Position numbers and translations under genes: made by a program | Notes under the pieces: generated by a model | Database searches by the model: none | Seen by the model: the letters and a program-made list of their open reading frames with translations, nothing else | What the model was told of the DNA's origin: nothing | Shown here: in pieces, positions 49,235 through 60,823 of the stretch | Layout of the letters: every line of letters starts with the position of its first letter | How positions within the stretch are numbered: the first letter of the stretch is position 1 | Assembly (NCBI GenBank): GCA_046563655.1 | Contig: CM102283.1 | Span: 7,440,001-7,504,000 of the forward strand | Direction of reading: 5' to 3' | DNA length: 64,000 nucleotides | From: Yuukianura sp. NJ FZ-2021 | Taxonomy: Eukaryota

Positions 49235-52200
49235 TTTGAAAACCAATCAACGAAACAAGCCAACCGACTTTTGAGAATCACAAAAGACAACTTAGATGAA
49301 AATATAAAACAAAAACACTATTCACCAAAAAAATAAAATAAAATAAATTTAAAAAAAATGTTTTTTACCTATTTCTGCCACTTTGCTAACAAAACTTATT
49401 AGAATCGACAGTGTGTTTTCGACAGTTTTTTTTTTCACTTACTCCGCTCGGAGCCTTCACCTTAACAATGATCGATTCGTAAAAAAATTCAACCCATTTT
49501 TTAAAAAAGCCTTTGTCAGTATTCTAACCTTGAAGCTTTTCAAAACACGAAACTGGACAATTCAAACAAACCAGTCGATTTTCAACGTGTCACGAACACT
49601 AAAACTTTTCTATTATTGACGCAAGTTCTCATCCATTAGTGTCAGGACATCCCTAGAGTACTGGCAAACCCACGCGCTGGCAAAACTTACGCTTGACCCA
49701 TATACTTCAAAAACATCCAGGACACTTTTTCAACCTAGCATTATGTTTTTCCAGATTTAGGACAAGATAGCCAAAAAATTTCACACCGAATTTTAACACA
49801 GTCGTCACAATTCCAAATTCCACAAATTCGCCAAAAATAAATTTTTATCTGCTGAAGAAACTGCAACAAGTCAAATACTAATCCCGATCTGTTAAAAACA
49901 AAAACAGGAAAAGATTTTTGAATTTTGAAAATTTTGTTTTCCCTCATAATTTTTACGATTCCAAAATTTCCCACGCCCTGGCCATGATCTTTCTGCCTTC
50001 AAAACATTTCAAGTTCCTCTTCGTGACGGCGACATCAAAAAAAGTGAGCTCAAAATTTTGAATTATTGAAACAATCTACTCCAAACGGAATCGAAAAAAA
50101 AGAAGAAAACTATTGACACGCCAAGGACAAAAGTACAAAAGTCAGTCATGAACATGATAAAGCAATTCTCGTTTCTCTAATTTTCCTACACTCAAAACTC
50201 CAAAAACCAAAATCCAACCAAATCCGAATTTCAAAAATTTCCATTTCAAAATTACATCCATCTCACACCCAATGCTCCCACAAGCTCCCACAAAGTATCT
50301 CTTTAGCACTTTTACTTTTTTAGCACCTTGACCTTGCCCGTCAATTTACCACCACAGTAGTTTACCAATTCACAAGATCATCTCTTCTACCAACAGACAT
50401 CTCTTTAGTAGCCAACTCTAACCAATTCGACCTTGATGCACTTAAAACCAAAAAGTAAAAATTTGCACTTTCCACACCCCAATTCCAAAGAATAATTTAA
50501 GCATTCCACAAGCATAGAATTAAACCAAACCAAGTATGAATTGCCGCCAGCATTTTCACGCCTATCAAAAACTCTTCAACTGTTAAAAGAACAAAACGGA
50601 ATCAATTTCACTGCCCAATGCCATTTACACCATGTTCAAAAATCTTAACACTAATTTAATTGCTCACGATCAAAATAGTTAACCACAGGATGTTAGTAGT
50701 TAAAAAAGAACCACTCTAGACTAAACACTTCTGTTGAAGGAAACAATTGATCATAAAAAAGATTTCGATTTTTATCAAGTGCCAAAACCCATTATTAAAA
50801 TTCACTAATTAAATGTTGCACATAAAATTTTCCAAGAAAATTTTTCGTGTTCCTCTTCCATCTAATATCGTCATGGTCCGTTCGTCATCTTTAAAATCCA
50901 AAATCTTACAAGCTCCAACCATCCTTAAATCTTGCTTCCTAAAACTTCTTTTGCAATTTTACAATTCCGCTTCCTATTCCGCTCCTGCCTTTAACTCAAC
51001 GTTAACTAACGTTAATCTTCACATTCGCAAGTCCTTTACCTTGCAAAAATCTTTAGTCGCAGAGTACAATGCATTCATTCTACTTACATAATACTCCGCT
51101 CCTTAAACCTTAAAGCCTCTGAGATACTTGGTCCTCATGACCTTAATTCGCAGGTTCTCATCAACCTATAACTATGATTGAGGGTGGTAATGGCAGCACA
51201 TCAGTTAATCAACTGCTACTTGCAAGTACTTTGGTACTGGCAGCATCGCCAGCAGGCTATCTTCCAATCACATGACGCTCCTGTACCAACTACTTAATTG
51301 CAACGGACTTAATTGAACATTTGCCATTGTTCTGACTATCTTCCTGCTCAAAGTTGAAACTGATTCGTATTCCCCACTGGTTGGTGGTTTCTTTGTGTAA
51401 CATACTAAGCGAAACTTCCTACTGTGGAAGACGCAGCATCTCTCTTTCTACAATGATGAAGATGATGAAGGAAGATGCCCTGCATTTGCACTGCATCCAA
51501 GATTTTTATGGAAGATTAGGATATGGATGTAAACTAACTAAAAAGAAATTGAAACTCGAATTCATAAAGTTAAGCAGCCAAAAATTAAAAAAACTAGGTT
51601 GCTAGTCTACGCCCTTTCATCTCCACAGGCCACAAACTAAATTGTCAATTTGAAAACATGTACGCAGAAAGACACCAGACCCACCCTGTTAAAGGTGCGT
51701 CGTGTGAAGACATTCACAATTGATGCTAATGTGAATTCTAAACTTAAACTTTAAGAATTAGAGTTAACGTTAAGAATAACTACCATCACAGTTAGGCCAC
51801 TCATCATCACTTCTCATCCTTGCTTCCGGGTATCTTTTAGTCTTAAGTCTGGGACTTAAACATGACAAAGTCACACGCTATAAGTCGACACACAACAAAA
51901 GTTTAACAATTTTGCGTTATACAAATGAGTGACTTTTATAGCTTTGGGTGGCAGGCAACGGCGAGGGCGGAGGAGGAAAAATTTAATTTTTCAAAATTGG
52001 AGCAAACCTCAGGCAATGTACTCGTTAATTTCAATTTTTTTTTGAATTTTAGGAAATTAGAAAGCAGCAAGAAATTTAGGTAAGAGTTGAATTGAAAATT
52101 GAATGTATGCTGAATGTTTTCTCAGAAAATCGTAGTATATAACTTGCGGTTTAGAATTCATTCGTTCATCACTACTCGAGTGACCTGTCTGATGATCTCT

Positions 52201-53783
52201 GTCACAGAAAATAAGGAAGATGCGGAAAAACTGGTCAAGCAAGTGAAAGAAGATTAATCTCAAGGCAAATGTGTCTATGCAGTTTACTTACAAACGTTGG
52301 ATCTCCATTGCTACGTTATCCTAAAGCCCTAAAGTAAACCTCGGGATTGAAAAGCATATGGGGCAGTATGATACTGCCAGCATCACAAAGACTATAAATT
52401 GAACCTTGTATTTTGTATAGTAGTAAGTGCCCCTAACACACATTTCGAAACGAAACTCCCCTCATATGAAGAACAGTCGTAAATCTTTCATCTGAAGCCT
52501 AATTAAAACTACGTTATTGTTAAAACTCAAAATGGTAGATAATCTTTTGTTACAAAAGTTTTGTATTCTTTGTACTAAACAAAAGAAATGAATGAATCAC
52601 AATTTGTCGATGGTATCAAGGTTGTTAAGTACTAAACTGTGGTGATGACGGTCTTTCCACTGAATGACAAGTAGTCATCATCACCATAGTTGAATTTAAA
52701 GTTAAATATTTATGAATGAACGAAGAAGTATTCCAAAAAGTAATTAAGAGCCATAAACTCTGCCACATGCAGACAGTAACTCACTGCAAACTGCCAACTT
52801 CTGAAGTAGTCAATTCACGTTTTGGCAAAAGTTAACCTCGCTCTGATTTGTAACATATACAACTTAACTGACACTTTTAAAAGTTATGTTTGGGGCAAGA
52901 GACAAGGACAACAGAGAAAAACTGGTGCAGAAAACCTAAAAAAAAGACTAACATAGTTGCTTTTTGGGCCATGTTGACTTGGTTGGATATTGCAAAACAA
53001 TGATTCAGTAAGTCATAATTGTTTATATAATGGATTAAACATAAAGTTTGTAAACAAAGGTTAGTTAATTTAGGCGCTGTCACATTTTTGAATTTTTAGT
53101 GACATAGGCTCCTAGAGTGAACAAATAGTAACGGAGTTTTTGAATTTTTTTTAGTGAGAAACCGTCGAAAAACTTCAATTTTCTTGCGACTTTTCACCCG
53201 CCATAATGAATTTGGTAAAAAGGGAAATGGAGAGTTTAAGTAAACGTTAACTTTAAACAATGGTTTGTTACAAATATTTTAACAAATTGCTCAACTTCAA
53301 CAGTTCAACTGTTTGTACAGTTGGTGTCGGCATCGGTTTGTGAGGTCATTCTCTCACAAAGTTCGTGCAACGAGGACAATGTGCACCACCAGATAATTGA
53401 CTTGGAACACAAAGAAAATCGTTCCGTCAGCATAACATTGTGACTCAGATCAAATTCAAAAGGAACTGTTGTACTTGATAAGCTAAGCTACACGCAACTA
53501 AGGATTCAATTTATGTTATCCGGTTTCCAGTATCCAATGATTTCATCTTCAAGTTCAAGAATCATAACCATGACACCGCCATTATGCCTTCTCTTCTCGT
53601 TCTCACGTTCCCTCAAGGGCACTCTTTCCCTACATTGTTTCACGATTAAGAATGCAACTCAACAGGTCAAACTACCATGTACATGTGTCATTGTCTCTTG
53701 TTCAAGATAGATGATGATGAATTAATCGGTCTATCGTATGGATTCCGTAACTTAACTTATGAAATGAAACGTAATTTTCTTAC

Positions 53784-54110
53784 CTTCGCTTCGTTGTCCA
53801 AATCTCGAGTCTATTGTTTGCGAATCTCTTTGTTGTCGCTGTAGCTTCAGTTCTGGAGCGATTCAGTGGACTCAACAGGTGAAATAGTGCAAATAAGTTG
53901 CAAATTCGCTGGTCTGTACGCTTCTTCAGTCGCGAAAAAGTTGGAAGAGTAGCTGTTTGCAGAGCTAGAGCAGAAGGAGAAGTGAAGTCCAAGGCGAGGG
54001 AGGAAGTCTACACTCACCAATTTGTTCTTTGTTCTAACAATTTTGATCAACACAGGGTAGATAGTACAGTACCTTGTTGTAGAGCGTACAGTTGTCACTA
54101 TTGGAACGTC
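53784..54110 (-). other. Putative non-coding 5'UTR exons (probably of the tetraspanin gene)
   Basis: Minus-strand donor GTGAGT at 54017-54012, acceptor CCAG ending at 53853, and strong donor AAG|GTAAGA at 53783. Candidate downstream acceptor TTTTTTTACAG ends at 41953, just upstream of the tetraspanin ATG. The upstream end is approximate. Confidence 0.45.
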
Positions 54111-54795
54111 TAGAGGTCAAAGGTCAAGCAGGAGGAAGTGGTCGATTGGTCCGTGACGAAGTGGTGTCGTTCCTGGAAGCACTGGATTTGAATTTGGAAA
54201 AGAAATTGTAAGAAAAAATCTTCCTTTTTTTGAGTTGTGTTTTTCCCTCCGTTTTCCTCCCCTTCGTCTCACTCACTGAGACGCCAGACGCTAGAAACCA
54301 AACGCCACCACCACGTTATAACGTCAACGTTATGCCAAATACTACACAACAGTGGGCCCAAGTTTGCAAAATTTTCGCACTTTTCATCCCCCTTGCCAAT
54401 TTTTGCACAGAATGAGTTTTTTCGCACGCCTATCTCTCGTACGTCTTATTTTCTCCCCCTTCAAGCTTAACGTATGGGGCGCAGGGTTTCAAGGTATCCC
54501 GACTTGTCAGTGCCCACTGGGCTTTGATTTTTTTTTATGACCGGATGTCACCTTGACTTTGAAAAAACGATGACGAATTTGAGTAAAATTGGCGATTATA
54601 ACCAAACATGAAAATTTTTATGCATTTTTGCAGCGTGACATCTTTCTAGTGGGGAAGGGTGGGCTTTTATAACACGATTTTAAATTTTCGCGCGTATCGA
54701 AATCATAAATTATGATTGGGTGAGGTACGACCTATTAAGTCGTTGATTGAATGTTTAATGCATTCGTTTTGATTCTTTAGAACAAGGAAGCTGAG

Positions 54796-56471
54796 ATGTC
54801 GTCATTGAACAAACTGATTCTTCAACGCCCCAGGGATTCTGAACATTCGCAACCGGAAGGCTCTGGTCAATTTTCTCAAGGCAGTGGTTCGTCACAGCAA
54901 GCACCCAAAGTGCCTGTCCTTTTGAAACGCCCGGAAGGACCAACTGCGACACAAGGACCAGCGATAGTCTCAAGAACACTGGGACAATCACCAGCCATTG
55001 TCACTGAAGACAAAGCTAGTCAGCAGACCAAAGTCGTCCAGGCGGAAAAGAAGAAGCATACTATTCTTCAGCGAACCGGTACACCGACAGTGGGTGGTGA
55101 CCAGGGAGATCGGGATCGTGTATCTTCTTCTGGAGGAACTAATTTGTATGATCAATTGAAACCTTATGAATTTCCTTACGACAAGGCAGTTCCACTTATT
55201 CACAATGACTTATCGTTCAAATCTAATCGGAAGTTCCTCAAGTCTCTCAAGTCAACATATGACTACTTGGTGGTTACTGTCATTGGACCACCGAGATCAG
55301 GTTCGACAAGAGCTTAACTTAACATGAAATGATTTATATTATAAAACGTTTTTTAAACGTTTTAGGAAAGACGACCATTTTGAACTACTTGGCGGGAGCT
55401 CCAGAAAAGACTGAATTCAACTGCGAACCGAAAATTTTCACGCCGCGGAAGGACATCGACGATGAAAAGCTCTGCACTTTCTACGTTACTCCCCAGAATG
55501 TCGTGTTCATCGAAATGGCTCCCATCTTCAATGCCTCGGCTGCGGTTGACCTCATTCCAACTGTTGACAAGTATTCTACGCTCGAATCCGTGACCACGGT
55601 AAGTTTTAATGAATGACTAATTGATCAATATTAACTTAACCCCAATTACTTTGTATGTTTATGTTCCTGGTTATATTTTTTGTGAATCAGGCCTGGAATT
55701 TGCGGCTGATGCGTTGGACACTCTCCGTGAGTCATCTGGTTATCGTCACCAGTTTGGCTGTCATCGAGCCCAAGACTGTTCAGTTGATTCACTCAGCAGC
55801 CAACCTTCAACCTATGGTAAACCCAGCCGACAAAACATCTTTATTAATTCTGTGGCATGCATTTCGAATTTCGAGAAGTAACAAGAATATTTCATAAAAA
55901 AATAAAAATAACTGTTGTCAGTTTTCATCAGCTTGTCTAGTCACTGACGCAGACGCTGATGGCATATGACTACTAATTATTTTGTTTTTCCAGGAAACTG
56001 CTTTTGGTGGGAATTCACATCCTGAACTAGTTTTTGTGGGAAACAAATGCTGGTTACCTTCAGAATCCAAAGATCGATTGACCTCACTCTGCAGCACTGC
56101 GGATATCATTGGATTCGGAAGACGCACGAGGCTAAAGCCCAACAGTTTTCTGTTGCCACACTGCAAAGAATCCATGGTTCCAACTCGTCAGGCGTAATGA
56201 CCATTTTTGAAAAACATTTCAATTTTCGTCGAAAACTATGGCTGAAAATAAGTATCAATTTTTCTGGAATAGATACGAAGAATTTCGAAGAAAAATCTAC
56301 GAGTACAACCATTGGACACGGTCAAGTTTTGCAGATGACGAGGCAGAGGACGGCCAAGCAAAAATTCCGCAAAGCTTAACGCTGAACGACTGGTTCACTT
56401 TTGCTTCAAATGCTTGGGAAGAAATGGCCAATCCAGCATATTTTCAAGATTATGTTAGACTCTTGCACTGA
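54796..56471 (+). CDS. SMG9: Nonsense-mediated mRNA decay factor SMG9-like
   Basis: Exons 54796-55300, 55366-55598, 55691-55816, 55994-56193, 56273-56471. Disordered N-terminus, DYLVVTVIGPPRSGKT P-loop, FYVTPQNVVFIEMAPIF, LSVSHLVIV, HPELVFVGNK, LTLNDWFTFASNAWE..FQDYVRLL. Confidence 0.8.
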
Positions 56472-56695
56472 AAATACTATTGCCGAGCAGCTCATGAAAG
56501 CTATAAAATTGCATAAGTTAATCCATGACAACGGTATAACTTTATTATTTATCATGTTTGGTCAGAACTTTTTCGAAAGTGCAAGTGCGGCATTTTCAAA
56601 TATTTCAAAAGAAGACGCGAGTTATCTGTAATTTTCAGTCACTCGGTGACATTTGACATTCTTTTTTAGTACTTGGCATCACTCTGAACTTTATA

Positions 56696-58378
56696 ATGTG
56701 GCAAAGCTACAATCCTTTGTACTGGGTAGGACTGATGGACTATGAGGAACTGGAAGCCAACTTGGAGCCAATTCAGACTGTTGGCGGCAGTGCGGGGTCA
56801 ACGACCTGGACATCCGACGGTGCATGTCCACTTCTTCCCTTCGTCCCAATTCCAATGGAGTTCCAGCTCGTCTTTTGCTTCTTCTCTATGATCTCTGTCT
56901 TCCTTCAAGTCATCATCCTCTGCAAAATGGAACGCGTTCTACTCGAAGAATCCCGCAGTACATCAATTCCAAAAGCTCCAGCTACTGGCGAAACTGCACC
57001 GAATATTCGAGTCAAGTCTATCTACAAGCTACCGTCACTGCGCAAGTCACTTCGGGTTCTGTTTCGCTCACGTCAGGAAAGTCTCGTGGACGGATTCAAA
57101 GCTGGACGACAGTGGGAATCAGAAAAGTCTGACGTTTACTTAGCTACTGACGGGGATGCTGGTGGACAGCGACGATTGACAGACGCAGGCGCAGTGATTC
57201 CAGAATCAGTTTATGTTCCAAGATTCCTTACGTTGCACCAGTTTCGACGTGGAGTAGAATCTCCGGCGGAGGTGGATGCTCTTCGGATCGAATCTGTCAT
57301 GCGCATTTTGGATCTCAAGCACAAGGTATAAGCTAAATTCTAAAACTTTCTAGGAAAACGTTTTTGAAAAAATGTGGTTTTTCAGTAGTTTTTTTTTTCT
57401 TCATATTAGGTGCAATTTGATGCTACTGAAAATTCTGGATTTTGGCTTTCTCGTGGAGGAGCGACAGTTGCTGCTGGATCTACGCATTGTTTGGGATACT
57501 TGAAATCGCTTACGTTGAAATCAGCGTCCGAGTGGGACTGGGACATTCCAGCACAATTTGCCATCCAAGGACAATTTGCACTGAGCCATCTCAAAGGAGA
57601 ATTCCCCGCGTAATTTTAGAAATGTTAATTTTAAAAAGTATTGGATACTTGGATGAAAGAATTCGTCATAATTTTAAAATTTTCATTCTAGACTGGTGAC
57701 AATTTTCAAACGAGGATACTGGAAGGGAATTGATTCGAACGAAGTGTCAAAGAAGACAATGAGTCCCTCTGAACTCGAACTTGTGGGAGCCATGGACAAG
57801 GACCAAATTCTGGACGAAATCAAAAAAGCATTGACAGCATTCCAAGCATCTCTCGGTCGCCAAAACTTTCTTGTCGGCAACATTTTGACCGTGGCAGATG
57901 GATTTGCGTTTGCCATTTTGGCCCAAATGGCTTGGACTCGAAACGCTGACCTTCATAGCCTCATCAAAGGTTTTCAAAATTACAAAAATTTCAAAATTTC
58001 CGAATTTAATACTTCCACAAATTTTGGTGAATCCTGCTTCCAGAATATCCGGATCTCTTGACCTACACCAACCGTATTCGCAGCATCATCTGGGACGACT
58101 GGACTCCACCGTCACTTTGCAACGGTGACCTCTCTGACGACTTAGCCGGCACTGACTTCTCCTACGACCAAAATGGTAACAAACGCTTTCAAACCGCCAG
58201 TGGAACTGAACAACGCAACCAACGCTCAATGTCCACTCGTACGTTATTTAAAAATAGTTTCAAAATTTCGAAACCCTTTGCACAAGCACTAACCGATTTT
58301 TGTTAACTTTTCAAAAATCTTTGTCGAAATTCAATTTCAGGAACTTTTCCCATCATGAACACCGATAATCCACTTTAA
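56696..58378 (+). CDS. Failed axon connections (FAX)/metaxin-like GST-fold protein with an N-terminal TM extension
   Basis: Exons 56696-57325, 57410-57609, 57692-57969, 58044-58238, 58341-58378 (last exon tentative). FAX-like LHQFRR..P....LRIESVMRILDLK, LGRQNFLVGNILTVADGFAFAILAQ, YPDLLTYTNRIRSIIWDDW. Confidence 0.72.
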
Positions 58379-59406
58379 ATCTACTACACTTTACAAACTA
58401 CAAAACATTCAGCAGCTGACAAAAAAAAATACGTCAAAACCGAAGATTTCAATAATACTTTTCAAAAAAAAACTTCATTCTTTCAAAACCCTTGACAAAA
58501 TAAACTAACTACTTTTGAAGTGCTGTCTCTGGATGATATTTTTAAGCTTTCAGTAAAATGGAAACAGGGGCTAAACCCTACAAATCTAAAAATAGAAAGC
58601 ATTAGGGCTCAAATCCAGGACAAAGATCATTACGACCAAAAAATGGAAAAACTTTTTTCAAATTTTTAGAATGCATGGGCAAAATGTTCCACAGTAAATT
58701 GCTTTCCTCGTGTTCCACCCTGTGCATACGTGACAAAGTTTTCATCCCCATAGAGATTCACTTTCCCCACCCTCTCTCTTACTGTATTTTTCCTGGAAGG
58801 CTTTTCATACCCTCTCTCGCTCGTGGCCGTATCTTGTTGTTGGTGTCACACTTACCCTCTGGCAACAACTTAAATCTCTTAGGTTGTTTAGGAAGTTTCC
58901 AAAACTGTTAAGTACTTAAGTGGTTGAATAAGCACAGTACACAGTGGAATGGACCCCAAATACTTGACTCTTTAGGGAGTATTGGAAATAGAGAGGGTTG
59001 GAGAGATGAAAGAGAAGATCACTTTTTCGCACCTCCACAAAAACTAGTCATTCAACAATAACAATTTTTATTTTCATACAGATCAAGTTTCTGCGATCGA
59101 CGGATAAAAAATGGAAGAATAGGAAGAAGGAGGTATGTTGCGCAATTTATATTAGTAATCAAATCCTAGTTACCAGTACAAGTACAACAATTACTTCAAT
59201 TACTTTTACTTGTAACTGCCCTTTCACTTTTGTCTTTACGTTGTTTTTACACATTTTACAGTCCATTGTCTCTGTATTTTATAACGGGATTTCCCTAATG
59301 TAAACTTGACAGAAGACGGTACCCGGCTTCTCGTTCTACAGTGACTACACTCGGTAATTGACTCATCACTCAATTACAATTTTTAAGTTAACGTCCTTGG
59401 GCAGAG

Positions 59407-60466
59407 ATGAAGAGGCTGAAAGGAGAGAAACTGGCTACTGGGGTGATCGTCTTGGAATGGGTAAGTTCACACCGTGTAATTTCAAAATTAATTATAGTGC
59501 TATTGAATTGATAATGGGCTGGGTAATTGATAATGGTGGTGGTTTACCGTGTACAGTTGATGACCGTGGCACAATCGATTGGGCTCATCGTGTACTTGAA
59601 GTACTTGGGAGACTATCCAGAAGCTTCTGCCGACATTAATTTAAACCCAACTACATTGTTAGTATGGACGTCACTGGGGGCAATTGGTAAGATTTGAAAT
59701 GCTGGACTTCCTGGAGCATGTGCTGTGTTTTCTTATGTTAAATGAGTTCAAACGTTTTGTTTTCGTTTAGCAACGATCATTCTGTTCATCTTCCTGTCAA
59801 TACTCTTAAAAATGGGAATAACTCAGGTAATTTTGGAAATTCTTAAATTAAAACCGGTAGTACCGTACCGTATAAGTCAAATCGGTAGTTCTAACGGTAA
59901 TTTGCTTTCTTTAGAAATGTTCCCGCCATCTCTCCATTTGGATAATGATTCAGTACGTTCTGTTCGTACTGACATTTATCATTATAGTGGCCAACGTTAT
60001 TGGATACTTGAACTGGGGCTGGTTCGGAATAGTACTGATCGTCTCCCTTGTGTATCGATTCATCATCCTTAAGGTCATCAGTGACTTTAACCATGCACTG
60101 GACGTTGAACGAGACAAGGAACGACGAAGATCAGTTATGGACTTGAGACAGTCCGAAGTGGGAAGCACAATTTCTGGATCACCCCCTGCCAAACTAACAC
60201 AGAACAACTTGCACTTTCACAATAGCCAGTACATTCCACTTCCGACTCAGAGTAATAGTCAGCATTATACTGCTCCAGAGTATAATACTCGGCCTATTCA
60301 GCCAATTTATGCCACACCGACGCCATCCTATGTGCCACCAGACATTCAACCAGTGTCAACCATCTCCGTGTCCCAGACATATCATCCCCGGCAGCAACCC
60401 CAAGTACTGCCGCAATTTCGCAGCAATGCACCAGTGACACGCAGTTTCAGCGAAAGTACTGTCTAA
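59407..60466 (+). CDS. Uncharacterised four-TM membrane protein with a Pro/Tyr/Gln-rich cytoplasmic tail (DUF4728/LAPTM-like architecture)
   Basis: Phase-consistent exons 59407-59460, 59557-59686, 59771-59826, 59915-60466 give about four hydrophobic helices. Upstream exons (59082-59132, 59313-59353) may be UTR or may extend the N-terminus. Confidence 0.6.
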
Positions 60467-60823
60467 ATGAAGACAAAAGCCAAAGGTAAAGCCAAAAACC
60501 TTTTAAGAAACTCAACAAATATTGCAATTTTAAGAAAACACTTTAAATATTTTGTTATAGTCAAAACTTTTGCTCAGCTTAGGTCTTTACTCCTGTTTGC
60601 AAATTGCTGCAAAACTTTTTCAGATTTCTTAAAATTGTTTGGTTTTAGATCGTTATAGACTCTAGATTTGTAAATTAACTAAGCTATTTAGTAGAAATAG
60701 TGTTTGTAAGTAGCATTTGGAAGTGAAAATGATAATTATCCCTGGATTTAACTTTTAGTCAACATTGACCTAAGAACACCGCCCAGTATTTAGTACTTTG
60801 TTACTTACTGAAGTGGTATTAAA

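Noticed and set aside
49300-53700. Coding genes in the region between the MYCBPAP-like gene and SMG9
   Set aside because: Only short AT-rich ORFs without domains. The composition fits intronic sequence of a minus-strand transcript.
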